Source: a virus
Taxonomy: Duplodnaviria; Heunggongvirae; Uroviricota; Caudoviricetes
Length of the DNA stretch: 64,000 nucleotides
Reading direction: 5' to 3' (one strand)
IMG/VR virus record: IMGVR_UViG_2740892441_000001
Shown piece after piece: positions 30,450 to 40,194 of this stretch (positions are counted from its first letter, which is position 1; every line of letters begins with the position of its first letter). Under the pieces are notes generated by a model. The model searched no databases. It was not told where the DNA came from and worked only from the letters and a program-made list of their open reading frames with translations. The translations under genes and the position numbers were made by a program.

Positions 30450-31370
30450 TTATTCCTGTGCGGCAGTAACTTCTACAGTTGCTGTCGCTTTGTGGCTACC
30501 ATCTTGGGTAGTAACCTCGATTGTGGCAGTACCAGCCGCAACACCAGTTACAACACCGGTTTCGCTGTCAATCGTTGCAAACTCGGTATTTTTGGATTCC
30601 CAAGTAACGGTTTTATTTGTGGCTCCTGCCGGCTCGACATTTGCGGTCAGCTGAACAGTTTTGTTTGCCTCAACGGTTGTGCTATTTGGGTCGATTTCGA
30701 CGGCGGTAACAGCCACAACAGGCGCAGTTACTTCCACCGTTGCAGTTGCCTTTTTGCTGCCATCTTGGGAAACGATCTCAATCGTCGCAGTGCCAACTTC
30801 TACACCAGTAACGTTCCCGCTCTGGTCTACCGTTGCCTTATCTTCATTTTTTGAAGACCAGGTAACAGCCTTATTCGTCGCATTTGACGGCTGAACATTC
30901 GCTTTCAGACTGACTGATTTCCCTTTCTCAACAGAGGTTGAGTCTGGCGTTACCGTTACGGATTGAACGGCTACCGGATTTACGGTGACTTCCACTGACG
31001 CGGAAAGCTGGGTTTCCTGATCAGTTGCAGTAATTTTTACTTTGCCTGGTGCTACACCAGTTACTAATCCAGTGCCGTTAACGGTTGCAATTTGATCATT
31101 CGCTGACTTCCAGGTGAATGAACTGGCACTCTTACCCATACTAATACCTGCACTAAGTTGAACAGTTTTCCCAACCAAAACTGACGGTGAAGCCGGGGTT
31201 ATGTTTACGGATTGGGAGAGGGGAACCGCCTGCAAACAAGCAGATAGCTGACTTTGTTGCCGCTCGGTTAAAGGTTCATCGGAGATAGAATTGGTAAATC
31301 CGGCGCGGCACATATGCCCCGTAAAATCCGAAAATGCCTCTTCCGTAATCTTCATCTTTTGTTCTGGCAT
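30450..31370 (-). CDS. Ig-like domain protein (capsid decoration candidate)
   Basis: 306-aa ORF with three tandem Ig-like repeats (VTVNP.., TATIE..). Confidence 0.5.
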   Translation of the reverse strand: MPEQKMKITEEAFSDFTGHMCRAGFTNSISDEPLTERQQSQLSACLQAVPLSQSVNITPASPSVLVGKTVQLSAGISMGKSASSFTWKSANDQIATVNGTGLVTGVAPGKVKITATDQETQLSASVEVTVNPVAVQSVTVTPDSTSVEKGKSVSLKANVQPSNATNKAVTWSSKNEDKATVDQSGNVTGVEVGTATIEIVSQDGSKKATATVEVTAPVVAVTAVEIDPNSTTVEANKTVQLTANVEPAGATNKTVTWESKNTEFATIDSETGVVTGVAAGTATIEVTTQDGSHKATATVEVTAAQE

Positions 31371-31383
31371 TTCTTGCTCCTAC

Positions 31384-31411
31384 AAAAAGGGTGGGCGTAT
31401 AGCCCACCCTT
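31384..31411 (-). terminator. rho-independent terminator after capsid gene
   Basis: Stem agggtgggc...gcccaccct followed by T5 on minus strand. Confidence 0.55.
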
Positions 31412-31443
31412 TAACATAGATAATTACTTATCTACTGCACTGA

Positions 31444-32319
31444 TTAAATTTTTACATTGGTCAGTGCAGCGATAGCCTTATCGTGCTTATTCGCCAGAGA
31501 GCAGTACCACTTCACACGGGTACGTACTGCGTCTTTGTTCTGTACAGTGCCAATGTTTTCAACAACGATACCTGCGTTGTCGCCGCCATACAGACCAGTA
31601 ACGCCGTTCTCTTCTGACAGATGCAGGCAGTAGATGCTTGCTTTGCCAGAATCGGTCGGGATGAAGTCGTTGATGATGAACGGAACGCCGTTATGACACA
31701 GCATCGGACGACCGAAGTTCTCCATCATGATTTCAGACGGGCCTACGTTTACTGTACGCAGCAGCGCACGGTAAGCACGCAGGTGCTCTGAACGCATCAT
31801 GATGCAGTCAGCACCAAGATCTTTCACCGCATCGACCAGTTCGTCGAACATAGAGAAAGTCATAGATGCACCGGCGATATCGATCTTCTGATCTGCGTGC
31901 ATCAGGCGTGGAATGCCGTCAAACGCCTTGTTGTTGGAGCTGGAGTCACCCAAAATCAGGTTGCGACGGAACGCACGAGCCAGACCTTTAACTTTCTGAC
32001 GAACCTGAATAGCCAACTGGTTGTTGGTGTCGGCCATAGTGGTCGCCAGGAATTTATCAACGTCTACGTCACCAGCCAGAATACGCAGTTTCGCAACGCA
32101 TTCTTCGAAGGTTGCTGCACCTTCAGGGATGGTGTCGTTAACGTCGATGAAGGTAGCTTCACTCAGCGTTTTTTCACGGTTGTACAGATATGCCTTTGAA
32201 TTAATTTTCATAAAAGGCAGGATGGCAAACAGGTCATCGCGATCGATGATGGTTTCAATCACGCCCTGTTCAAGTTCGTTGTTAGACAGCTTTTCAGCTT
32301 CTTCACGCAGTAATGGCAT
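31444..32319 (-). CDS. major capsid protein candidate
   Basis: 291-aa ORF between scaffold-like and Ig-like genes, followed by strong terminator. Confidence 0.5.
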   Translation of the reverse strand: MPLLREEAEKLSNNELEQGVIETIIDRDDLFAILPFMKINSKAYLYNREKTLSEATFIDVNDTIPEGAATFEECVAKLRILAGDVDVDKFLATTMADTNNQLAIQVRQKVKGLARAFRRNLILGDSSSNNKAFDGIPRLMHADQKIDIAGASMTFSMFDELVDAVKDLGADCIMMRSEHLRAYRALLRTVNVGPSEIMMENFGRPMLCHNGVPFIINDFIPTDSGKASIYCLHLSEENGVTGLYGGDNAGIVVENIGTVQNKDAVRTRVKWYCSLANKHDKAIAALTNVKI

Positions 32320-32344
32320 CTATCAATTCCCTTTGATTTAGATG

Positions 32345-33232
32345 TTACTTAAGTCCAATTTTCCCCAGACCGGAGGCCAACTTATCCATAGTCGACTTGT
32401 TCTTCGGTTGGGATATTGTGTAGGTCGATTTGGAATGTGAGCCTACACCCTGCTTGGCTTCGCTACGCATCAATGCGTCAGCTTCCGGATCTGCCCGCAC
32501 AATGCGTTCAATCGCGGATTCAAACGGCAACGGCTTACCTTCACCGTCAACCAGAACAGCTCGTTCTTTATGACCTGCCGGTTTGTCATAACCCACTACG
32601 CTACCGTCTTCACCCACTTCAAAATGAGAACCGTAGATCACGCGGGCTTTTGCCGGAGTCATCAGAACTTTGTCACGTAGGAAGAGAGAGTTACTGAAGG
32701 AAGTGCCCACGGTCATCTCGACTAATTGAGATTTCAGTGATGCGTTTTCACTTTCCAGTGCTGTATAACGTTCGTCACGCTGTGCCAGCTCTGCCTGGTG
32801 TGCTTCGATCATCTGTTTTTTAACAGCATCGAACTCACCACGACGCTCCAGTTCAGCTTGCTCCGCCTCACGACGTGCATTTTCTGCGGCCTGTTCAGCT
32901 TCTAAAAGCTGGCGAGCACGCGCCGGGTCGATATCACCGTACTGAGCAAGCTGATCGGCCAATGTGCGCTCTTTCTCTTTGCGCTTCATGTTCTCTTTCA
33001 GCAGTTCAGCACCAGCTTTCTTGGTTTTGCGAAGTTCGGCCAGTAACTCTTCATGAGTCATGCCAGCGTATTCGTCATCACCCTTCGGCTGCTCTTTTTG
33101 TTCACCCTGTTTGTCAGGATCTTGTGTACTCTGCTCATTATCAGCAGCTACACCGCCAGCGCCTCCACGCTCATGCGCTTCAGCAACATCCATCAGACCA
33201 CGACGGGCCAAAAGCATTTGCCACAGTTTCAT
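32345..33232 (-). CDS. scaffolding protein candidate
   Basis: 295-aa ORF, Ala/Glu/Gln/Arg-rich coiled-coil centre. Confidence 0.5.
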   Translation of the reverse strand: MKLWQMLLARRGLMDVAEAHERGGAGGVAADNEQSTQDPDKQGEQKEQPKGDDEYAGMTHEELLAELRKTKKAGAELLKENMKRKEKERTLADQLAQYGDIDPARARQLLEAEQAAENARREAEQAELERRGEFDAVKKQMIEAHQAELAQRDERYTALESENASLKSQLVEMTVGTSFSNSLFLRDKVLMTPAKARVIYGSHFEVGEDGSVVGYDKPAGHKERAVLVDGEGKPLPFESAIERIVRADPEADALMRSEAKQGVGSHSKSTYTISQPKNKSTMDKLASGLGKIGLK

Positions 33233-33253
33233 AAAAATTCCCTTTGTTACTTA

Positions 33254-34827
33254 TCACTCGTTCTCTTGAGTAGATGAGTCCCCATTCCCTCGGGGTTGAT
33301 CTTGCCCGCTTTCTTGGGCTGCGTCTTGATCATAAGTAAGTACTGACTTATTTTCAAGGGTATTTAGATCATTTTTTGGCGGAAAATTCAAGAGATCTTT
33401 ATCAAATTCCTTCTTCATCGCCTCAGTGATGTTCGGGAAAATCTTCTCAATCAGCATTTCCATCTGGTGACGACGTACAGAGTCCGGTGCCTGAAGTAAC
33501 GACAGTTTCTCGGCAACAGAAAATTCATCAGTAAGGCCACGAATATCGAAACTTTCTGGATACGCAATTAAAGAGTGGTCTTCGTCCAGATCTACCCCCA
33601 TCCATTTCGCAACCAGTAGCATGATTTGGCGTTCAGCCTTTCCAGACGCTCTGCTTTTGTGACAAGCAAGCTATTTACACGCTGGAAGTCATACATTTTT
33701 GCGGCACCAGATGAGTTATCGATTCCCTGTGCGTTGTCCTGCTTCGTTCGCTCACCAGCTACACCAACTGAATGGTAGATTTCGTTAATCACCGTCTTAA
33801 TCGTAGTGATGATCATCTGAGCTTGTTTCGGGTCTGGTGACAGATAAAACGGCTGGTTTCCACCTTCAGAATCGTAGGTGAAGACTCGCTTTGTGCCCAT
33901 TTCAAGCACTTTAGTGTGGTTTTCATCACCAGGTAAAAGCGACTGTACCGGTATAGCCAACTGGCTAAATGTCTGATCCTGAATAATGGCATCAAGGTTT
34001 GACAGATAGTTTGCAACCGCACGATCAAGATAAGCGATATCATCGATCAACGATGGGCTGAAATACGGTGATTCACTTTCTCCAATACAATCAACAGGAA
34101 ACACAGGAACTACGCCGAGATTATGCTCACCGCTATCCTCTAAAATAACTTTTGCCTGACGGCGACCTGCTCCACCAGCGCCCTTCTTCACTTCCTCACG
34201 GAACAGATACCACTCGTTTTGTGTCCACAGACGATAACGTTGGTATTCCTGACCTGTAGAAGTAAAAGGATCTGCGTCATCACGAGCGACTTCCACAATT
34301 AACGCCCACAACATATTCCCGTCGTCGTCCCATGCCACATCCAGCATTTGCTGAGGTGAAATCCAGTAGGCGTAGGCGCGAGCATCTTTCTTTTTCTCGT
34401 CAGCTACTGACTCAACATCACCACTCATCGTGCTATCGACAACAACCCATATGCGACCGTAAATAGACGACTGCAAATCAATAGCGGCCATAAATGAGTC
34501 AATAGAGGCATTCTGGCGGGTCGCACGTTTCCAGAAATTGCGGATCTGCTCTGGTGCCTCTTCGATATTTCTATGAATGTCTTCTTTAAAGAGATATTTG
34601 TTGATGAGGTTTACCACCTCACGAGTGTGGTTGAAGCGATAAGCACGCTCAACTCGCTCCTTAAACTCCTGATCTCCCTCTTTAAAGTAACGAAAGATAT
34701 TGTCTGTAAACCAACCACGCCCGCCAGCGTAAGTGCTGGCGAGGAAGTCCCAATGTTCTTTTTTCTTTTCGTATTCCGGGTGGCGTCGCGCCACCAGATC
34801 CTTAATTTGTTTGTCGTTCAATTCCAT
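33254..34827 (-). pseudogene. portal protein, reading frame interrupted near codon 410
   Basis: ORFs 33592-34827 and 33254-33622 overlap by 31 nt in different frames and read as one protein with an acidic C-terminal tail. Confidence 0.55.
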
Positions 34828-34853
34828 TTGAATAACCTTAGATAATTACTTAC

Positions 34854-36110
34854 CTATCGAGAACCACCAAGAATAACACGGTTTTTGACTGGATACCTAC
34901 GATGTACTGGATAGCCCAATGCGTCTGCACTATGCTCAATGCCACCTGTCTTATCCATATCTCGTGTTCCAGGCTTGTAGATGACCTTTTCCAGTGAATC
35001 AATCAAATGCTTGCACTTCGGATCGATATACAGCCGGATATCTCCAGATGCGGTCATCAGCATTCGGTTAACAGCATTAACACGATCCGCAATTGGCGGG
35101 TGCTTTTTCGAATAATCGACACGTAAGAATCCCTTCTCTTTGAATATGTCTACGTCAGACTCCCCGCGAGCATGTTGGCGATAAGCACCTGCCGGATCTG
35201 GAAATACCGTTATCTGTGATTTCCAGCGCCAGAAGCGCCTCTCAAGCTCATCACAAACCTCTGCCGTGTTAGAGGAAAAGAGCACCAATTCATCAATTGC
35301 CCATAGCTCACCATTTGGCTGAGGTTGCAAAATTACGGAAGACATCGGGTCAATGTTGAAGTCCTGTCCTACCCATATAGGCAACCGAGGGTTGAACTGA
35401 AGCGGTTTAACATGCACGTTTCGATCGAACGGGTAGTAAACGCGCCCGGACATATTTTCAAAGCTGGCCAGGTACTCCTGAGCGAACGATTTAGGGTCCA
35501 TATCGTTCTTAGCAGCTTCAATTTCCGCCGTAGGCACAAACGGCGAATCAGCAGTTACAAACTGCCAGCTCTTCCACTGTCCCTTTCTTTGCAGCTCTAC
35601 GTTCTGGCCTATAGTCCACAGTTTGTGAAATTCCGAGAAGCCTTTTGGCGTACCAATGATCAGTGCACCGCCGCGTGTCGATGAAAGAGTAGGTCGTAAC
35701 ACCTTGTACCAGGTGTCAGCCTTCATATCCTGAAATTCATCAAGCACTACAAAATGCAACGCTACGCCGCGCAGAGTGTCAGGTTTATCAGCACCTTTGA
35801 GGGCGATCTCCGAACCGTTCTTCAACACGATTGTCATCGTGGTGTCGTTCTTTTTCCTAACCCACTTACGGGGCAGAACTTCCTGTAGATCGTCCCACAA
35901 AATCTGGCGAGCCATCTGGTAAGTAGGAGCGACATACCAGACCCTTTGCTTTTTTTCCTTTGCCGCCGCACGAATAATAGTGGAGATCGACAACCGGGAT
36001 TTTCCCCAGCGTCGACCAGCACAAACAACTTTAAATCGATGCGGAGACTGGAAGACTTTCATCTGTCCAGAATGCAGTTGCACAAGACTGAGCGAGGACG
36101 GGATTGCCAT
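34854..36110 (-). CDS. terminase large subunit
   Basis: 418-aa ORF; Walker A VVCAGRRWGKS; C-terminal nuclease-type acidic residues. Confidence 0.8.
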   Translation of the reverse strand: MAIPSSLSLVQLHSGQMKVFQSPHRFKVVCAGRRWGKSRLSISTIIRAAAKEKKQRVWYVAPTYQMARQILWDDLQEVLPRKWVRKKNDTTMTIVLKNGSEIALKGADKPDTLRGVALHFVVLDEFQDMKADTWYKVLRPTLSSTRGGALIIGTPKGFSEFHKLWTIGQNVELQRKGQWKSWQFVTADSPFVPTAEIEAAKNDMDPKSFAQEYLASFENMSGRVYYPFDRNVHVKPLQFNPRLPIWVGQDFNIDPMSSVILQPQPNGELWAIDELVLFSSNTAEVCDELERRFWRWKSQITVFPDPAGAYRQHARGESDVDIFKEKGFLRVDYSKKHPPIADRVNAVNRMLMTASGDIRLYIDPKCKHLIDSLEKVIYKPGTRDMDKTGGIEHSADALGYPVHRRYPVKNRVILGGSR

Positions 36111-36742
36111 TATTCGTCCTCCCCTTCACTTCCATCATCTGTCGCATCAAATTCGCTTAGAGCTTCTTCTTCCAACGTCTCAAGCAATTCGTCATCGATG
36201 ATTTCAGGCTCGTCGTCTTCCTGACGTAATTTCGCCACCTGGGAAGGCGTAAGCTCACCAAATACCAGGTTCGGAATTTCTTCCTCGTCATTTTCCGCAT
36301 GATCCATGCCCAATGCTTTGGACGAAACTTCAAAGCATTTTGCAAGGGTATTACTGGCTCTCTGTAAGCTCTTGAGAGAACCCTCAATCGCCCCTAAAGG
36401 CTTACCCTCACGTTTGGCCGTAGTGACTTCGACCATCACCATCTGCCCCAACGCATACGCCCAGCCGTCATAACGTGTACGACGTTCTTCTATCTTTTCC
36501 GCACGGGCTTTAGCGCGAAGCTCTGCGTCAGATTTAAGAGACTCACGAACCATCTTCCCAACAGAGTCCGCGCCTTTCTCTAATCCTCGCTTTTTGAAAT
36601 GTCTGGAGAGTGTTTCACGACGAATGCCGTACTCTTCCTCCAGCTTTGAGAGTGTATATTCGCCTGACGTCCATTTGGCTTCAGCTTCGGCCCACTCCGC
36701 TGGTGTCAGGCGAGTTTTTACCTCGTCTTTTTCGACAGTCAT
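36110..36742 (-). CDS. terminase small subunit candidate
   Basis: 210-aa ORF immediately upstream of and overlapping terminase large subunit; acidic C-terminal tail. Confidence 0.5.
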   Translation of the reverse strand: MTVEKDEVKTRLTPAEWAEAEAKWTSGEYTLSKLEEEYGIRRETLSRHFKKRGLEKGADSVGKMVRESLKSDAELRAKARAEKIEERRTRYDGWAYALGQMVMVEVTTAKREGKPLGAIEGSLKSLQRASNTLAKCFEVSSKALGMDHAENDEEEIPNLVFGELTPSQVAKLRQEDDEPEIIDDELLETLEEEALSEFDATDDGSEGEDE

Positions 36743-36782
36743 AGATCCCTCTAAAACACACAGAGCGCGTCCATGCGCTCTA

Positions 36783-36836
36783 AAACAACTTGTTTACTGC
36801 ATCTGCTAACCAACTTGTTTTCTGGTGTGTCTAATT
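36783..36836 (-). promoter_or_regulatory. two tandem copies of conserved motif upstream of terminase small subunit
   Basis: aaacaacttgtttactgcatctgctaaccaacttgttttctggtgtgtctaatta. Confidence 0.4.
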
Positions 36837-36936
36837 AGGTCTGGGCATGTCTTACTAAGCCTGCTTCCGTATATATTTAATAAGTTACTTATTATTTATA
36901 TATACGGAAGCAGGTCTTTAAATAACGTCCCAGACC
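36836..36936. repeat. ~100-bp nested palindrome upstream of terminase small subunit (candidate cos/pac or late operator)
   Basis: Arms ggtctggg / cccagacc and cctgcttccgtatata / tatatacggaagcagg around an AT-rich core taagttactta. Confidence 0.5.
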
Positions 36937-36938
36937 GA

Positions 36939-37205
36939 TTACATCACCAGTAACTTCGCTTTGGCTCGACCTAAAGTGGTTAACCCAAGAGTCCGGCGGT
37001 GATAGCGATTGTCACTGCGTTGGCGCGTATGCCCTTTCTCCACCAGCCCCTTTTTTATCAGAGCGCGAATTGAGAACTGGATACTTTGCTTTGTTGTCTT
37101 GTACGGCAAAACTTCAAGCAATTCGTCCAGATCAAGTAGATGACCTCGCTCATAACCGAGATTGAGCGTTTTGATGATGTCCTTTTGTTTGTCGGTTAAC
37201 GTCAT
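36939..37205 (-). CDS. small DNA-binding protein candidate
   Basis: 88-aa basic ORF with helix-turn-helix-like segment. Confidence 0.35.
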   Translation of the reverse strand: MTLTDKQKDIIKTLNLGYERGHLLDLDELLEVLPYKTTKQSIQFSIRALIKKGLVEKGHTRQRSDNRYHRRTLGLTTLGRAKAKLLVM

Positions 37206-37214
37206 GGCAAATCC

Positions 37215-38105
37215 TTATGCCGGTAAAGCAATTTCTAACGGTTTATCCAAAGGTTGTTTGTCGAATGCCAGCAGTGGCAGCGTGTCAGGCAGTCGACGAC
37301 CAAAGTCAGGGTTTCGATACACACCATACAACGGAGACGTAAAGCTCAGGTTGTGAATGTCCTTGAGCAGCTTCACAATGCTGGCCTCGTCCACCAGACT
37401 GTCGGCAATGTCCTGAATCGTCGTGCCACGATTCCGCCCAGCTTTTGCCAGGGAACTGTTCTTGTGGTAGTCCGCCACCAGATCACGCAGTGCACGGCGA
37501 CGACGTGACTCGCTCATTGCGAACAACTCTTTGACGATCGCCTCGTTATCACCCGGGTCGGAGCGGAAATGGCGCTGGAACACACGCAGTGCACTTTCAT
37601 AGCTCTTCGGTCGCTCAGGGCGGATGAACTTGAACCCTGCTTTCATGGCGAAGGGATTGTATTTGCTCATCGAGGATTGGATCTCAATGATTGGCCGGTC
37701 ATGCATCCTGCTAACCAGGTTAATCATTCGATAAGAGACGCCTACGCCACGGTACTGAGTATCCACAACTGAGCGGCTGATCACCGCAAAGTTGTTATTC
37801 ACGTACCGGCCCCAGTACTGGTTAGCCACGGTGGTATTGGTGGTTGGTTTCAACTTAGGAAACATGCGATGGCGAGGTGCCAGCAGAAGTTTCGGGTAAG
37901 CCATAACCACGACGCCCACCAGACGGTCATCCAGTTCGCAGCGATAGTATGTTGGCGCGAAAGGTTTGCCGTCTGTTTTGTAGTGAAGCGACTTAAGAGC
38001 GTGCCAGTCCTCTACAGTTCCCTTTGTGACAGTCATTCGCTCCAGAAAGTCCAGATGACGCGGAAACTCTTCAGGGCGGTAGCGTTTAATGATGATGTCC
38101 GTCAT
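37215..38105 (-). CDS. GNAT-fold protein with C-terminal extension
   Basis: 296-aa ORF; GNAT-like motif VDTQYRGVGVSYRMI. Confidence 0.4.
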   Translation of the reverse strand: MTDIIIKRYRPEEFPRHLDFLERMTVTKGTVEDWHALKSLHYKTDGKPFAPTYYRCELDDRLVGVVVMAYPKLLLAPRHRMFPKLKPTTNTTVANQYWGRYVNNNFAVISRSVVDTQYRGVGVSYRMINLVSRMHDRPIIEIQSSMSKYNPFAMKAGFKFIRPERPKSYESALRVFQRHFRSDPGDNEAIVKELFAMSESRRRRALRDLVADYHKNSSLAKAGRNRGTTIQDIADSLVDEASIVKLLKDIHNLSFTSPLYGVYRNPDFGRRLPDTLPLLAFDKQPLDKPLEIALPA

Positions 38106-38767
38106 GAATGGACCTCATCATAACTACCATTGTGATATTCCACCTTCACGCGTTCTTTGTAGTGCTTGGTGATCTGCATATCCGGGCGCAGCGCGTTCTT
38201 CAGGTCTTCGTGAGTCGTCGCCACCATTACCGTCGCACCAACCTTTCGAGCGGCACGCTGGAGGTTAGATGCCACAACCTGAGCGGTTACACGGTCTAGA
38301 ACAGCACCGAACTCGTCAGCAGCCCACACTTTAGCGCCTGACTCAATCAGTTTGGCAATCTTGAGACGATATTTCTGACCGTCTGACATTTCAGAAGGCT
38401 TGCGAACAAACAGATATGCATCGTTCAGACCTGCCATAGATAACAACCCAAGCGCATCACTGGTAGTTTTGCCCAGTTGGTCAATGACGTTAACCTCATT
38501 ATCGAAGGTAAAGTCATCAATAGAAGCTACAGAAAGCCCTTCATCCTTCATCTGGCGTTGCAACTCGCGCAACACAACGGATTTACCTGAACCGGATTGG
38601 CCGGTGATGTACACCACATCGCCCTGCTTCACTTCCAGCTCCAGATTGTCGTAAAGCGTCCACTCTTTTTCGTCCAGGCCAAGCCCGAACGACTCAGCGA
38701 TTTCCAACGTGCGCGTGGTTTTATTTACGCGTGTCTGAAACGATACGTTGATGATGTATTTGCTCAT
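38102..38767 (-). CDS. ABC-type ATPase
   Basis: 221-aa ORF; Walker A GQSGSGKS, signature-like SDGQKYR, Walker B VWAADEF, H-loop TTHE. Confidence 0.6.
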   Translation of the reverse strand: MSKYIINVSFQTRVNKTTRTLEIAESFGLGLDEKEWTLYDNLELEVKQGDVVYITGQSGSGKSVVLRELQRQMKDEGLSVASIDDFTFDNEVNVIDQLGKTTSDALGLLSMAGLNDAYLFVRKPSEMSDGQKYRLKIAKLIESGAKVWAADEFGAVLDRVTAQVVASNLQRAARKVGATVMVATTHEDLKNALRPDMQITKHYKERVKVEYHNGSYDEVHS

Positions 38768-39465
38768 GCAGCCATCTCCCCGGAAGAGATCTTCTCCGCA
38801 TATGCCACAAATGCGTCTACCCCGCTTTCTCCCGTCATTTCTTCCATGTGGGCAAGCAAATCACCAACAACAATGGCAGAGCCAGCAGGGAGCGTTTTAA
38901 AGCCCAATACGTCGATAACACGTACTTCTTCCGCTGCAACTTCACGACTGATCTCGGTGTGTTCATCCTTCTGTCGTTTAGTTTCTTCGCCCAGATCGAT
39001 AACTAGCGAGTCGGTGTCCATTTCTTCTGTCATGCTGCCAACGAGAACATTCAACTCCCGCTCTTCAAAGCCGAAAACCTCGATATCGTCCAGAACAAGC
39101 GACTCAAGTTCTTTCTGTAGCTTAATTGCATCGTAATCAATGCTGGCAAGTCGGTTATCTTCAAGGCGCTTCGCACGAACCTCGTCATCACTGAGATCAT
39201 CGCGAACAATAACCGGTACGCGCTCAAGTCCAGCAAAAATTGCAGCCTCACGGCGGCCGTGGCCAGTAATAATTACGTCGTTCTTATCGACCGTAATTGG
39301 CTGGTCAAATCCGCGCTTTTTAATGGCTGCGGCCAGATCTCGGATCTGCTGTTCATCATGCTTTTTGGCATTCATCTCATAGGGAATAAGATCTGCCGGG
39401 TCGCGATATACGATTTCAAACTTTTTGGTCATTACATACACTCCTTGTAGTAGTCGACCAGCCAC
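38764..39465 (-). CDS. ParB/Srx-fold domain protein
   Basis: 233-aa ORF; ITGHGRREAA motif typical of ParB N-terminal domain. Confidence 0.5.
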   Translation of the reverse strand: MAGRLLQGVYVMTKKFEIVYRDPADLIPYEMNAKKHDEQQIRDLAAAIKKRGFDQPITVDKNDVIITGHGRREAAIFAGLERVPVIVRDDLSDDEVRAKRLEDNRLASIDYDAIKLQKELESLVLDDIEVFGFEERELNVLVGSMTEEMDTDSLVIDLGEETKRQKDEHTEISREVAAEEVRVIDVLGFKTLPAGSAIVVGDLLAHMEEMTGESGVDAFVAYAEKISSGEMAA

Positions 39466-40112
39466 ACCAGAGCCTCACCAGCGTTCTCCATTTCATTACC
39501 GGTGTTAATAGCCTGCTCTTTGATGATGTTTTTTATGGTTTCTGCAACACGATCTGACGCATCGAAAGTTACTTTGAAGCGCATGGTCTGATGTTCCGCA
39601 CCCACACGTTCGGTTTTCTCTCGTTTGTCGGTATCGACAGGCTCATCACTACCACGAGACAACGCCTCCAGTGCTTCAAGGTCGATTGCCGCCTCTTTTG
39701 CTAAAACCATCGAGATTTCGTCGTCATACGGGGCGATTTCAGACAGTTGATAGTCAAGTTCTGACTGAATTTCTTCAATGAAGCGTTGCAATGCGATTTG
39801 GTCGTCTTCACCGTATCGCTCGTTGTCCACTAGTGACATCTGTTTAGCTACGACATCGCTAATTTTGCCCACAGAAAGCACCGGAACCGTTGAAATTCCT
39901 TGCTCAATAGCAGCACGCCAGCGATGTTCGCCGCCGAGGATTTCAAAAAATCCATCTTCAAGTTCACGAGCCAAAATTGGCTTAAAAAAGCCCAATTTTT
40001 CGATAGAACCTTTCAGTTTTTCAAAATTCTGCGCACCAACCGAATTGGTGTTCCAGGTATTCGGGCGAAGGTTGGCAACATCAACCTGCAAAATCGTGAT
40101 TTTTACATCCAT
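39432..40112 (-). CDS. ParB/Srx-fold domain protein
   Basis: 226-aa ORF; ILGGEHRWRAA motif. Confidence 0.5.
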   Translation of the reverse strand: MDVKITILQVDVANLRPNTWNTNSVGAQNFEKLKGSIEKLGFFKPILARELEDGFFEILGGEHRWRAAIEQGISTVPVLSVGKISDVVAKQMSLVDNERYGEDDQIALQRFIEEIQSELDYQLSEIAPYDDEISMVLAKEAAIDLEALEALSRGSDEPVDTDKREKTERVGAEHQTMRFKVTFDASDRVAETIKNIIKEQAINTGNEMENAGEALVWLVDYYKECM

Positions 40113-40194
40113 TTTATTGCTACAATCAACTAAGTAATTACTTACTTATTATAATAGCCAAATAACATACAAAAGGCACTAAGGAAAGAGGTTT

